Below are positions 12,893 through 24,289 of a stretch of DNA of 64,000 bases, piece by piece. Within the stretch, counting starts at the first letter, position 1, and every line of letters starts with the position of its first letter. The DNA lies in contig CAWDTA010000004.1 of NCBI GenBank assembly GCA_963805085.1, forward strand, positions 64,001 through 128,000, read 5' to 3'. The notes beneath the pieces were generated by a model. The model searched no databases. It was not told the origin of the DNA and saw nothing but the letters and a program-made list of their open reading frames with translations. The position numbers and the translations under genes were made by a program. This DNA comes from an uncultured Veillonellaceae bacterium (GTDB taxonomy: Bacteria > Bacillota > Negativicutes > JARBTT01).

Positions 12893-14084
12893 TTAAGCTT
12901 GAACTTCAGTTACAACACCAGCGCCAACAGTACGGCCACCTTCACGGATAGCGAAACGTAAACCTTCTTCAATAGCAATTGGTGTGATAAGTTCGATAGA
13001 CATTTGAATGTTATCGCCAGGCATAACCATTTCAACACCTTCTGGTAAGTTAACTACACCAGTTACATCAGTTGTACGGAAATAGAATTGTGGACGATAG
13101 TTTGTGAAGAATGGAGTATGACGTCCGCCTTCTTCTTTAGATAAAACGTAAACTTCACCTTTAAATTTAGTGTGAGGTTTAATGGAACCTGGTTTAGCAA
13201 GAACTTGACCACGTTCGATTTCTTTACGTTCAACACCACGAAGTAAAGCACCAATGTTATCACCAGCTACTGCACTATCAAGTAATTTTCGGAACATTTC
13301 AACACCAGTTACAGTAGTTGATTTAGGTTCTTCGCTCATACCAACGATTTCAACATCTTCACCAACTTTAACTTGACCACGTTCAACACGGCCAGTAGCA
13401 ACTGTACCACGACCAGTGATTGAGAAAACGTCTTCAACTGGCATCAAGAATGGTTTATCAGTTTCACGTTCTGGAGTTGGGATGTATTCATCAACAGCAT
13501 CCATTAATTCCATGATTTTTTCTTCCCATATGTAGCGTCGCCTTCAAGAGCTTTTAACAGCAGAACCAGTAATTACAGGAATATCATCACCAGGGAATTC
13601 ATAACTCAGAAAGAAGTTCACGAACTTCCATTTCTACTAATTCCAATAATTCTTCATCATCAACCATATCAGCTTTGTTTAAGAATACTACCATTCAGGC
13701 ACGCCAACTTGACGAGATAAAAGAATATGTTCACGAGTTTGTGGCATAGGGCCATCAGCAGCAGCATACTACTAAGATAGCACCATCCATTTGTGCAGCA
13801 CCAGTGATCATGTTTTTAACATAGTCAGCATGGCCTGGGCAGTCAACGTGAGCATAGTGACGTTTTTCTGTTTCATACTCAACATGAGCAGTATTGATTG
13901 TGATACCACGTTCTCTTTCTTCTGGAGCTTTATCGATCATGGCATAATCCATAAACTCAGCTCCGCCAGCTTTTGATAAAACTTTAGTGATAGCAGCTGT
14001 CAATGTAGTTTTACCATGATCAACGTGACCAATCGTACCAATGTTAACATGTGGTTTATTTCTTTCAAACTTTTGCTTTGCCAT
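12893..14084 (-). CDS. tuf: Elongation factor Tu (broken by probable sequencing indels ~13500-13770)
   Basis: N-fragment [18 protein letters not shown]-fragment ending [10 protein letters not shown]. Confidence 0.95.
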
Positions 14085-14105
14085 TGTTAATAAATCCTCC
14101 TTACT

Positions 14106-16196
14106 TTAATTAACGCCTTTGATTTTTAGCTGATAATGCTTCTGCATATATTTTTAGGAACTTCTTCATAATGATGAAATTCCATGGAATAATTACCACG
14201 TCCTTGTGTTTTAGAACGCAAGTCTGTAGCATAACCAAACATTTCAGAAAGTGGAACGAAGGCATTAATTACTTGTGCACCACCACGAGCTTCCATGCCT
14301 TCAATACGTCCACGTCTAGAGTTAAGATCACCAATAACATCACCCATGTATTCTTCCGGAACAACAACTTCAACTTTCATGTATGGTTCTAAGAATACTG
14401 GACTTGCTTTTGCAGTACCTGCTTTAAAGCCCATAGAACCAGCAATTTTAAACGCCATTTCAGATGAATCGACATCATGGTAAGAACCATCATACAACAA
14501 TAACTTTAATATCAACTATTGGATAACCAGCAACAACGCCATTTTCCATAGCTTCTTTAATACCAGCTTCAATGGGTTAATATATTCTCTAGGAATCGCA
14601 CCACCGACTACTTTATTTTCAAAAGTAAAGCCTTGACCTGGCTTCTTGAGGGTTCAAGTTCAAGCCAAACAGTGACCATATTGACCACGACCACCAGATT
14701 GACGAACGAATTTACCTTCTGCTTTAACTTGTTTACGGATTGTTTCACGATAAGCAACTTGAGGCTTACCTACATTAGCAATCAACTTTAAATTCACGAA
14801 GCATACGGTCAACGATAATTTCCAAATGAAGTTCACCCATACCAGCAATGATACGTTTGACCAGTTTCTTGGTCAGTATGTCATACGGAATGTAGGATCT
14901 TCTTCTGCAAGTCTTGCAAGGGCAATACCCATTTTTTCTTGGTCAGCTTTTGTTTTTGGCTCAACAGCAACCGAAATAACTGGTTCTGGGAATTCCATGG
15001 ATTCAAGAATAATAGATTCTTTTTCATCACAAAGAGTATCACCAGTAGTTGTATCTTTCAAGCCAACTGCAGCTGCGATATCACCAGCTGTAAACCATTT
15101 CGATTTCTTCACGGCGATTTGCATGCATTTGAAGAATACGACCAATACGTTCTCTTTTACCTTTTGTTGAGTTATATACATAAGAACCAGAAGTAAGTGT
15201 ACCAGAATATACACGGAAGAATGCTAATTTACCAACATAAGGGTCAGCCATAATTTTAAAAGCCAACGCTGAGAATGGTATTTTATCATCCGCTTCACGT
15301 TTATCTTCTTCACCAGTATCTGGATTTGTACCTTTAATAGCTGGAATATCAAGTGGTGAAGGCATGTAATCAATTACTGCATCGAGCATTGGTTGAACAC
15401 CTTTATTTTTATAAGAAGAACCACAGAAAACAGGAGTCATTTTGCAATCAATTGTTGCTTTACGAATCGCTGCTTTTAATTCTTCTTCAGAAATTTCTTC
15501 GCCTTCAAGATATTTCATCATCAATTCTTCATCAGATTCAGCAACTGTATCTAAAAGAATTTGACGATATTCATCAGCTTTTTCTTTCATATCTGCAGGA
15601 ATTTCAACTTCTTCGCTAGTTTTACCAAGATCATCTGTATAGATAATCGCGTCCATTTTGATTAAGTCAACCATTCCTAAAAATGTATCTTCAGAACCAA
15701 TTGGCAGTTGAAGTGCAACCGGATTTGCATTTAAACGAGTTTTTAACATGTCAACAACTCTATAGAAATCCGCACCCAAGATATCCATTTTATTAACAAA
15801 CGCCATACGAGGTACATTGTATTTATCAGCTTGGCGCCATACTGTTTCAGATTGTGGTTCAACTCCACCTTTAGCACAGAACACAGCAACCGCGCCATCA
15901 AGCACTCTCAATGAACGTTCTACTTCAACAGTAAAGTCCACGTGACCTGGTGTGTCAATGATGTTAATGCGATGACCTGCCCATTGACAAGTTGTAGCAG
16001 CAGAAGTAATAGTAATACCTCTTTCTTGTTCTTGCTCCATCCAGTCCATAGTAGCAGCACCTTCATGAACTTCACCAATCTTATGCACTTTACCTGTATA
16101 AAACAGAATGCGTTCAGTAGTAGTGGTTTTACCAGCATCAATATGTGCCATGATACCTATATTTCGTGTCTTTTCGAGAGGAAACTGTCTACCCAC
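14106..16196 (-). CDS. fusA: Elongation factor G (multiple probable sequencing indels in 3' half)
   Basis: [37 protein letters not shown] spread over fragment ORFs; stop approximate. Confidence 0.95.
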
Positions 16197-16245
16197 TATT
16201 ACATCGCTCCTTATTAGTGTAAAGATTTTTATTGTATTTTAGATA

Positions 16246-16731
<486 letters not shown>

Positions 16732-16754
16732 TCAAAAATCTTCAAATTAAATCA

Positions 16755-17132
16755 TTATTTTTTCTTAGCGCGTTTTGCACCATATTTTGATCTTGATTGT
16801 GTACGGTTTTGAACACCAGCAGTATCTAACGCACCGCGAATGATATGATAACGAACACCTGGTAAATCTTTTACCCTGCCGCCTCTAATCAAAACAACAC
16901 TATGTTCTTGAAGATTATGACCAATCCCAGGGATATAAGCTGTTACTTCAATGCTGTTAGTAAGACGAATTCTCGCAACTTTTCTCAAAGCGGAGTTAGG
17001 TTTTTTAGGAGTAGTAGTATATACTCTCGTACAAACACCACGTTTTTGAGGACAATCCTTTAAAGCTGGTGCTGTAGATTTCTTTTCCATACTTTCTCTA
17101 CCTTTGCGTACTAATTGGCTAATTGTAGGCAT
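16755..17132 (-). CDS. rpsL: 30S ribosomal protein S12
   Basis: [31 protein letters not shown]. Confidence 0.99.
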   Translation of the reverse strand: MPTISQLVRKGRESMEKKSTAPALKDCPQKRGVCTRVYTTTPKKPNSALRKVARIRLTNSIEVTAYIPGIGHNLQEHSVVLIRGGRVKDLPGVRYHIIRGALDTAGVQNRTQSRSKYGAKRAKKK

Positions 17133-17218
17133 ACATGCACCTCCTTCCTTCATATCAAAATTTATTATTTAATAATTCCAACTCAATTTTATAAAAAGAG
17201 CTAGAATATTTAACAAGA

Positions 17219-17464
17219 TTACTTCAGAACAGCCACTGCAGCAGCTCCTACTTCAATCGTACAAGCTTCTCCCAATTCACTCATCGTTGAAACCTCAACT
17301 TTGTCGATATTATGCTGCTGGCATAAATCTTTCAGAGGTTGTACAACTCTTAAATCGGCATCTTGTGCAATAAAAACCATTTTACATAAGTCTTTTTTGA
17401 CAGCTTTCGTAACTTGTTTTATACCAATAACTTTTTTGGCAGTCTTCAAAGTGTCGAGCGACAT
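17219..17464 (-). CDS. L7Ae-family RNA-binding protein (YbxF/RulS-like)
   Basis: IGIKQVTKAV...IAQDAD...ELGEACTIEVGAAAVA; directly upstream of rpsL. Confidence 0.92.
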   Translation of the reverse strand: MSLDTLKTAKKVIGIKQVTKAVKKDLCKMVFIAQDADLRVVQPLKDLCQQHNIDKVEVSTMSELGEACTIEVGAAAVAVLK

Positions 17465-17519
17465 TGTATTCACTCCCATATCTACAGATGAATGCTTTTT
17501 TTGTTTCAGGCACTCGTAT

Positions 17520-17548
17520 ATAATAACATGACTCATAATCAATGTCAA
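17520..17548 (-). promoter_or_regulatory. SigA promoter of L7Ae-rpsL (str) operon
   Basis: TTGACA-17 nt-TATTAT with TGn extension. Confidence 0.75.
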
Positions 17549-17875
17549 CACCTGTTTTATCAATCTTTTCATATACACGGCACGTGGTGTATCATTAGTA
17601 ATTATTGTATCATATTTTAAATAAAATATACAATTTATCTTTACATCTATTTAAAATAAAAAAGTTTTTTACAAATTGATTTTAAATTATCTAAAATAAT
17701 ATTATCTTTGTCTATTGGTAGTGATCTGTGTAAAAACATTATTTTTGATCATTTAAAATAGACACTAATGAAATTTATGCATCCGTATCTATTTTAAATT
17801 TATATATATAATAAGGAAGCTTTTTGATTTTATCTAAAAATTCACAACGTAATCCGCTTTATTCTATTAACTTTA

Positions 17876-17919
17876 AAACAGCAAGGATGGTATGTAAATT
17901 CACACCATCCTTGCTGTTT
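17876..17919 (-). terminator. Hairpin terminator after PTS cluster
   Basis: AAACAGCAAGGATGGT...ACCATCCTTGCTGTTT 16-bp stem. Confidence 0.75.
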
Positions 17920-18049
17920 ATCATTTTTTGTACATGGCATCCGTTCTTTACGAAACTACTCAATACTAGATCCAGTTTAGCAATATCTAACGTTACTATC
18001 TGCTCCCTTTTAGTTATGTGAATATAATAGATTTTTTAATCATTTTATA

Positions 18050-19075
18050 TTAATACATACCAAAACTAGCTACATATGCAATCAATACCGCAAGTGGACC
18101 TGTAATTACACGTGAATATAATACAGCTGGAACCCCAAGTTCTATCGTTTCTGGATCTGCTTCTCCTAAACTAAGCCCTACTGGTACGAAGTCACCACCT
18201 ACTTGGGCATTGATTGCAAACAATGCCGGCAACGCATATTGCGCTGGGATATGCCCTAATCCTATTTCCACACCTAAAAGTGTACCTACAACCTGTGCAA
18301 TTACTGCGCCTGGTCCAATAACTGGTGAAATAAATGGCAATGAGCATACTACCGAAATGACTAGCATCCCTGGTAAGGTGCTTGCTAATGGCGAAATTGT
18401 ATTCGCTATTACATCTCCAATTCCTGATGCACTGATAATACCGATTAGCATACTTACAAACGCCATGAATGGTAAAATAGTTTTTACTACCATATCTATC
18501 GTTTCGCGCCCAGCTTGGTAGAATTTATTTACCACTCCACCAACACCAATCCCTAATTTGGTTATAAAATTCTTTTCTTTTCCAGCATTCATCTTTGCAA
18601 GTTCCGCTCTTGCTTGTGCTTTTGTTTTTGGTGCACCTGATACTGGTTCACTAGCGGAGCTTGCACTGCCTGCTGCACTACCATCTTTTGCTGTCAATGG
18701 AGTTCCTTCTGAAGCATACGTAATTGTTTCTACAGTTACTGCCGATACATATAATGATTCAGTAATATATTGCGCCAATGGTCCAACATTACCAACTGGT
18801 GTTAAATTTACAGTAAAGATATTTTTTTTCGGATATACACCACATCTAGCTGTACCACCACAATCGACAACTGCTACCAAAGTTTCTGTATCTGGTACTG
18901 CTGAACTAAATCCATCAATTGCTTCACAGCCTGTCATCTCTGCAATTTTTGCTGCTACTGGATGAATTCCCCCACCAGTAACGCTAATGATTTTATTACA
19001 AGTTTCTGTTGGTTGAATCGTCAAAGGTCCACCCCAACCACCTTTACCCTTAGATATTGTAATTGCCTTATACAT
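18050..19075 (-). CDS. srlE: PTS glucitol/sorbitol-family EIIBC (SrlE-like)
   Basis: [22 protein letters not shown] (phospho-Cys), GPGAVIAQV. Confidence 0.88.
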   Translation of the reverse strand: MYKAITISKGKGGWGGPLTIQPTETCNKIISVTGGGIHPVAAKIAEMTGCEAIDGFSSAVPDTETLVAVVDCGGTARCGVYPKKNIFTVNLTPVGNVGPLAQYITESLYVSAVTVETITYASEGTPLTAKDGSAAGSASSASEPVSGAPKTKAQARAELAKMNAGKEKNFITKLGIGVGGVVNKFYQAGRETIDMVVKTILPFMAFVSMLIGIISASGIGDVIANTISPLASTLPGMLVISVVCSLPFISPVIGPGAVIAQVVGTLLGVEIGLGHIPAQYALPALFAINAQVGGDFVPVGLSLGEADPETIELGVPAVLYSRVITGPLAVLIAYVASFGMY

Positions 19076-19116
19076 AAATTACTCAATCCTTTCTGTATAC
19101 AAATTTTAATTTATTT

Positions 19117-19638
19117 CTAATTTTCTTCTTTAGATTTCATGTAGGCATAAATTTTTTCTGTTACAACACCACGAATGAAGATAACGACTACCCCAACTAA
19201 GAAATAACGTACTGCTAGATCACCAAGTGGTAATCCAAGCGTCGTAATTCCCGCTGCGATCCCCATGTATACGAAAAGTTCGCCACCATTTGCATGTGGG
19301 AATAATCCTGTGATTGGATGTACAAAACTAACCGCTGCATCATAAAAAGCTGGTTTATGTTTCGCTTTTACAAACCTACCAAAACTATAACACATTGGAT
19401 TTCCTAAGAATAACACCGCTAGCACTGGCAACACTGTATATCTCGTAATAATATTTTGTGTTGCTTGTTGCGCTAATTTGTTCACCCGATCTTCACCAAT
19501 TAATTTAATAACAGAACTCACAGCGGTCATTAAAACCACAATTAAAGGAATAATTCCTGCCACCCAACTTGCAAAAGTACCTGCACCTGCTTTAAAGACA
19601 TCCATAAATCCATTGGCTAAACCTGCAATAAATTCCAT
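19117..19638 (-). CDS. srlA: PTS glucitol/sorbitol-family EIIC (SrlA-like)
   Basis: NPMCYSFGRF, HPITGLFPHANGGELFVY. Confidence 0.88.
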   Translation of the reverse strand: MEFIAGLANGFMDVFKAGAGTFASWVAGIIPLIVVLMTAVSSVIKLIGEDRVNKLAQQATQNIITRYTVLPVLAVLFLGNPMCYSFGRFVKAKHKPAFYDAAVSFVHPITGLFPHANGGELFVYMGIAAGITTLGLPLGDLAVRYFLVGVVVIFIRGVVTEKIYAYMKSKEEN

Positions 19639-19922
19639 AATGATTTTACCTCCCTAATTTTTTCAAAAAATTATCGGCGATACTTACCGTGCTTTAATGT
19701 GTATATTTTACTGTTTATTTGTTTTAGAATATTCTGATATTATTATTTCGTAAAAAGATGCTATATTTTTTTATAAAAGCATGAATTTTATAGAGAATTT
19801 TCTAAATCTTTGTGTTAAGACTAGCGGCTTCTTATATACTCTATTTTGGGCAATATAAGAAGCCCTCAGCCCCTGAAATGAATTCACATAAAAAGTGAAT
19901 TTTTACCCTAGAAAAAATTTTT

Positions 19923-20438
19923 TTATTCACCCATGACAACAATTTTACATTGTCTATCTCTTGGACGATTTGGATCCCAATCAATAAAGTAGTAATAACC
20001 TGTAACTTGATTAATTTGCAATACACCATTTTCAATAGCACTTGTTACACTTTCTCCTACAAGAGATGCTTTGATATGAGCTTCTGTATTTAATAAAGAT
20101 CTTCTGTCTGGTACCAATGCTGAGTCGCAATCTTTTTCACCAAAAGCAACATGTTCAGGCCCTGGATGATAATATTGACATTCTGTCAAACATCTTGGAA
20201 CAATTTTTTCTAAAACATTATTAAAATCAACCTGCAAATACTCATCACCACAATAATTTGTATCATGAGAATATTCTTCATAGATTACCGAACACGTTGT
20301 ATGTGGTGTTGTGATTACGCAAATACCATTTTTCACTTTACTTTTTTCAATAGCTACTCTGACTTCTTTTGTAATTTCATGATAAGATGCTCGGTTTCCA
20401 TTAGATCTCACTACAAGGTTTTCAATATATACTGTCAT
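19923..20438 (-). CDS. YjbQ/UPF0047-family protein
   Basis: EITKEV..GICVITTPHTTCS, AHIKASLVG, YFIDWD..RPR. Confidence 0.8.
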   Translation of the reverse strand: MTVYIENLVVRSNGNRASYHEITKEVRVAIEKSKVKNGICVITTPHTTCSVIYEEYSHDTNYCGDEYLQVDFNNVLEKIVPRCLTECQYYHPGPEHVAFGEKDCDSALVPDRRSLLNTEAHIKASLVGESVTSAIENGVLQINQVTGYYYFIDWDPNRPRDRQCKIVVMGE

Positions 20439-20439
20439 C

Positions 20440-21135
20440 TCATTTTCTCCCATCTTTTTTCGTTTTTTCGATCGCTGCAATCATGTCTTTTACCATTTCT
20501 TTTGGATCTTCAGCACACACAATACCACTTGTACAACCTGTTCCATCTGCCCCTGCCATAATTGTACGGTATACATCATCCGCTGTACTAATGCCTGCTG
20601 CTTGCATAACCAAAATATTTGGATTTATTTTTTTGATGCTGTCAGTTGTTTGTTTGATATAGGCTTGATCACTCGTGTTGCCTGTACCAATAAGTTCAGT
20701 CGGTTCACATAGAATAATATCAGGATCTAGTAAAGCAATTGCTTTTGCCTCTTTGACGGAATCAGCACATACAACTGTATACATTCCCACTTCTTTAGCT
20801 CTTTCAATAATTTTTACTAAATCTACTAAATTTAAAGGATGTTCGGCATGATTTAGAAATACAGCTTTTGCACCAGCTTGTTTTAACGCTTCTGGTACTA
20901 CATATCCCATGCCGCGTCCAGCTTTTAGTGCGTCCATATGCTGTGCTGTTACGATAAGATTTTTTGTGTTTTCTGCAATCAACCTAATATCCGTAAAGGG
21001 TGCTGTAAAAAACACATCAAACTCCTTGCTTTCTGCCCATTTATCAGCTTCAAGTGCCAATTCTAATGATTTCTTTCCATAGAGATATGATTTTGGATTT
21101 ACCATAAAAAATGGTGTTCTTATTTTCTCCCCCAT
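20440..21135 (-). CDS. Archaeal-type (short) triose-phosphate isomerase family protein
   Basis: NPKSY, LNHAEH, CEPTELIGTG, AAGIS; 231 aa. Confidence 0.85.
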   Translation of the reverse strand: MGEKIRTPFFMVNPKSYLYGKKSLELALEADKWAESKEFDVFFTAPFTDIRLIAENTKNLIVTAQHMDALKAGRGMGYVVPEALKQAGAKAVFLNHAEHPLNLVDLVKIIERAKEVGMYTVVCADSVKEAKAIALLDPDIILCEPTELIGTGNTSDQAYIKQTTDSIKKINPNILVMQAAGISTADDVYRTIMAGADGTGCTSGIVCAEDPKEMVKDMIAAIEKTKKDGRK

Positions 21136-21146
21136 ATTTTTACCTC

Positions 21147-22007
21147 CTATTTTTTATATTTAACTGTTTCAAATACTTGATAATAATGGTTCAAACAAGC
21201 TTTCATGCCTTGTTTCGCTTGTGCTATTACTTCATAATAATTTTCTGCTGTTTCTATAGACATTTTATCTTTAGCAGCAATAACGAAATCTGTATATATA
21301 TTAATTTTGGCAATTCCACTCGTTGCACATCTATTTAAATTGGCATCACCTGAAGATGAGCCACCATGCAATACAAGTGGTGTATCCATACTTGCTGCAA
21401 TTTCCTCTAACCTTTTAAAATTAATAACCGGAGTACCTTTATATGTGCCATGTGCTGTTCCAATAGATATTGCCAATGAATCAACATTCGTTTGTTTGCA
21501 CATTTCCACCGCTTCTTCTACTGAGGTGTAAATTGAATCATCATTCTGCCCATAACCACCGCCTTCACCAACACTACCGACAAGGACTCCCGTACCAACA
21601 TGTCCGATTTCAGCTTCTACTACTACACCTTTTGCATGTGCATACTCCACAATTTCTTTGGTAATCGCAATATTTTTTTCTAACACTTCTTGAGAAGCAT
21701 CAATCATAACCGATGTAAACCCTAAATCAATTGCTCGCTTTACTACTACTAAAGATGTACCATGATCTAAGTGTAATACCACAGGAACGTCTACTTTTCC
21801 CCCATAAAATTTACCGAGTAAGGCTGCTTCTTCTAAAGATAAATAAGCTTTATGCACCTCAGCATAACTTAAGATAATAGGCAATTTCATTTCATTGGCA
21901 ACCTCCGTATGTGCCATTACAGAAGTCCAATCAAAGAAATTAGCGGATGGTATTGCTAACTTTTGTTGTTTTGCTTTTTGCAAAAGTTCTTTTGATGTAA
22001 CTAACAT
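21147..22007 (-). CDS. Class II (Zn) ketose-phosphate aldolase, FBA/TBA family
   Basis: LHLDHG, SVMIDAS, EAEIG, IGTAHG, LVLHGGS, KINIYT. Confidence 0.9.
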   Translation of the reverse strand: MLVTSKELLQKAKQQKLAIPSANFFDWTSVMAHTEVANEMKLPIILSYAEVHKAYLSLEEAALLGKFYGGKVDVPVVLHLDHGTSLVVVKRAIDLGFTSVMIDASQEVLEKNIAITKEIVEYAHAKGVVVEAEIGHVGTGVLVGSVGEGGGYGQNDDSIYTSVEEAVEMCKQTNVDSLAISIGTAHGTYKGTPVINFKRLEEIAASMDTPLVLHGGSSSGDANLNRCATSGIAKINIYTDFVIAAKDKMSIETAENYYEVIAQAKQGMKACLNHYYQVFETVKYKK

Positions 22008-22105
22008 AGTCTCACTCCTTTCAGTTATGTTTTCTGAATATTCAGATTTATATTACACTATGTTGACCAAACTCTAGGAGGACCAGCGCTACTGAATAAA
22101 TTATT

Positions 22106-23401
22106 TTATTTGCCGTACATTTTATCTTGTTCTTGACGCAATTTGTAGATAAGCGTGGAAGTATCAAGTTGAATCATATCTTTGGTAATCAGTTGACCTT
22201 TTTTCGCATCTTTCAACATTTTTGCGTTTCTATTTACTAAACCATACGGTACATAGCCTTTAGCATCTGATTCTGCTGATGTTGCGATGGAACCATACGT
22301 TGTGAAACCACCAATACCATCAATTGTTTGACCGGCTTTTAAATCAGTTTTTGCTACTGTGATACATTCACTTACAAGACCATCCATTGGTACAATTGTA
22401 GTTTCACCATCAATTACAGCCTTTGCTACGGTTAATGGCGTTTCAAGGTTACATAAATGATATGGACGATATAAAATCCATAATGGACCATTTCCCATAC
22501 TATGATATCTCATTTGGTATGCAATTTCTTCATTTTCAGTAGACACAGCAACGAATACACCAGGTGCAATACCATTTACATATTCAACAACGCCATGTTT
22601 GCTTAACATACCACCATCTTGCTTCAATCTTAACAGGTCAGCTAAACCTTTTACGTCAGATACGATGCCATGACCACCGATTACATCTGGAACTAAACCT
22701 GTAGCATTAGACATCGCAGTCATTTCTACCATTGTTTTGGTACCATCTTTAAAGGAGCAAAGCATTTTAGGACTCATTTTACGGCGAGTTGCTTCTTCTA
22801 ATACAGAATCTGGATTGCAATCATAATCAAGTTTGTTATTTTTCCCCTTACCCATTACTTTTACATCCATCCCCATTGCTTTTGCAAAACAATATAATTC
22901 CATTACCGCACCTGGTTCGTCACCAGCAGAACCTGTATAAATAACGCCTTGTTCCTGCGCTAATTTTTTGAGGTAAGGTCCAATAACTACGTCTGTTTCT
23001 ACATTTAACATGACACAATGTTTACCATTTTTCATTGCATCAGTTGCTACTTTTGCTCCTACATCAGGTACACCAGTTGCATCAATAGCACATTCTACTA
23101 AATTTACTTGTGATACTAAATTTGCATCTGTTGTTGCTATAAATTTACCCATTTCCATCATTTTATTCGCATCAGCAAGAGTATTGACAATTGCAATTTG
23201 ATCATCTGTAATACCAGCATAGTTAAAGGCATGTATAGCATTTTCAATCGCAATATCAGATACAATTGCCGGTGTAATACCTTGCATTAATGCCATTTGT
23301 GTTACCATACCTCTACCCATTTGTCCTGCACCAACGATACCTGTGCGGATAATTTTTCCTTCTTGTTGACGTTTGATCAATTTTTGATTCATGTTTAACA
23401 T
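22106..23401 (-). CDS. NAD(P)-dependent oxidoreductase with C-terminal SAF domain (COG4091-like)
   Basis: GIVGAGQMG Rossmann, MLNVETD, AGDEPG, GKGKNN, DGTKTMVEM, YRPYHL, AKTDLKAGQTIDGIGG. Confidence 0.85.
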   Translation of the reverse strand: MLNMNQKLIKRQQEGKIIRTGIVGAGQMGRGMVTQMALMQGITPAIVSDIAIENAIHAFNYAGITDDQIAIVNTLADANKMMEMGKFIATTDANLVSQVNLVECAIDATGVPDVGAKVATDAMKNGKHCVMLNVETDVVIGPYLKKLAQEQGVIYTGSAGDEPGAVMELYCFAKAMGMDVKVMGKGKNNKLDYDCNPDSVLEEATRRKMSPKMLCSFKDGTKTMVEMTAMSNATGLVPDVIGGHGIVSDVKGLADLLRLKQDGGMLSKHGVVEYVNGIAPGVFVAVSTENEEIAYQMRYHSMGNGPLWILYRPYHLCNLETPLTVAKAVIDGETTIVPMDGLVSECITVAKTDLKAGQTIDGIGGFTTYGSIATSAESDAKGYVPYGLVNRNAKMLKDAKKGQLITKDMIQLDTSTLIYKLRQEQDKMYGK

Positions 23402-23430
23402 ATAAATCACTCCTACTATTCATTTTTTAT

Positions 23431-23799
23431 TTAAAATATTTCTATAGTACCACCTTTAACTAAATCTTGCGATGTAAATGCATCGCCTTCTAGCATAATG
23501 CATCCTGGTCTTTCTGGTTCATCCCCCCCCTTAAAAGACAAAGTACAGTGACCAAGTTCTTTTAATGTATGCAATGCTTCGTCACCAATCGCTGTAATTG
23601 TAAACACCTTGTCACAAAGAATCAATGTATCTGACACTTTGATATCAGCTAAAATTGGAGATACTCTATGCAAAACTGAAATTTCAGCCAACTCTGGCGG
23701 TGCTGTTTCATTAAAGATGATAATAAAGTTTAAGTCCTTATCATCTAATAATGCTGTTACTTCTTCACCCCACCCAGTAATTTCAGCATTATATTTCAT
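23431..23799 (-). CDS. srlB: PTS glucitol/sorbitol-family EIIA (SrlB-like)
   Basis: IIFNETAPPELAEISVLH, TLKELGHCTL..PGCI. Confidence 0.88.
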   Translation of the reverse strand: MKYNAEITGWGEEVTALLDDKDLNFIIIFNETAPPELAEISVLHRVSPILADIKVSDTLILCDKVFTITAIGDEALHTLKELGHCTLSFKGGDEPERPGCIMLEGDAFTSQDLVKGGTIEIF

Positions 23800-23885
23800 C
23801 GAATCGCCTCCTTTGATAGATTTTTAATCATTTCATATGATAAAACTTACACCTGCTTTAAAAACACCTATAAGTTTTTACCTCA

Positions 23886-24275
23886 CTAAGTTTCTATTGA
23901 ATTCAAACGCATATCCAAAGCATTAATCGCTTGAATATGAGCTTGGTAAATCTTTTGTTTCTTTTCAGGTAGAGCCATATATTCTGCTTTTAAAGCATAA
24001 ATGTTTTTTCCAGCAATATCTTTAAGTTCTCTAAAACCATTAAATATTGTAAAACCTTCCATAACTTCGCCCCCTGTAATTTTCCCTTGATTATCACAGG
24101 CAATGACCACAATATTACCAGGTCTCAATTTTGACTTTCTACTGCCAATGCCCACATTCCCCATTTTATGCAACCTTCGCACAGCTTTTTTATACTGCTT
24201 GACTTGAAGATATGTCCCACTAGCTTGAATTGCCATAAAAACCAACAAAACTGCAATCAATGTTGTAAAATCCAT
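23886..24275 (-). CDS. gutM: GutM/SrlM-family activator
   Basis: N-terminal TM, Q..Y..L..G.VGIG, MEGFTIFNGF; adjacent to srlB. Confidence 0.75.
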   Translation of the reverse strand: MDFTTLIAVLLVFMAIQASGTYLQVKQYKKAVRRLHKMGNVGIGSRKSKLRPGNIVVIACDNQGKITGGEVMEGFTIFNGFRELKDIAGKNIYALKAEYMALPEKKQKIYQAHIQAINALDMRLNSIET

Positions 24276-24289
24276 ATAAATACTCTCCT

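Noticed and set aside
13500-15100. tuf/fusA as pseudogenes or programmed frameshifts
   Set aside because: Essential genes; many scattered indels with no slippery-site logic and conserved flanking codons, so best explained as sequence error
17600-18021. AT-rich inverted repeats (17751-17799) and ORF 17824-18021 as a mobile-element end
   Set aside because: Low-complexity AT sequence; the ORF overlaps a terminator; no transposase or target duplication visible
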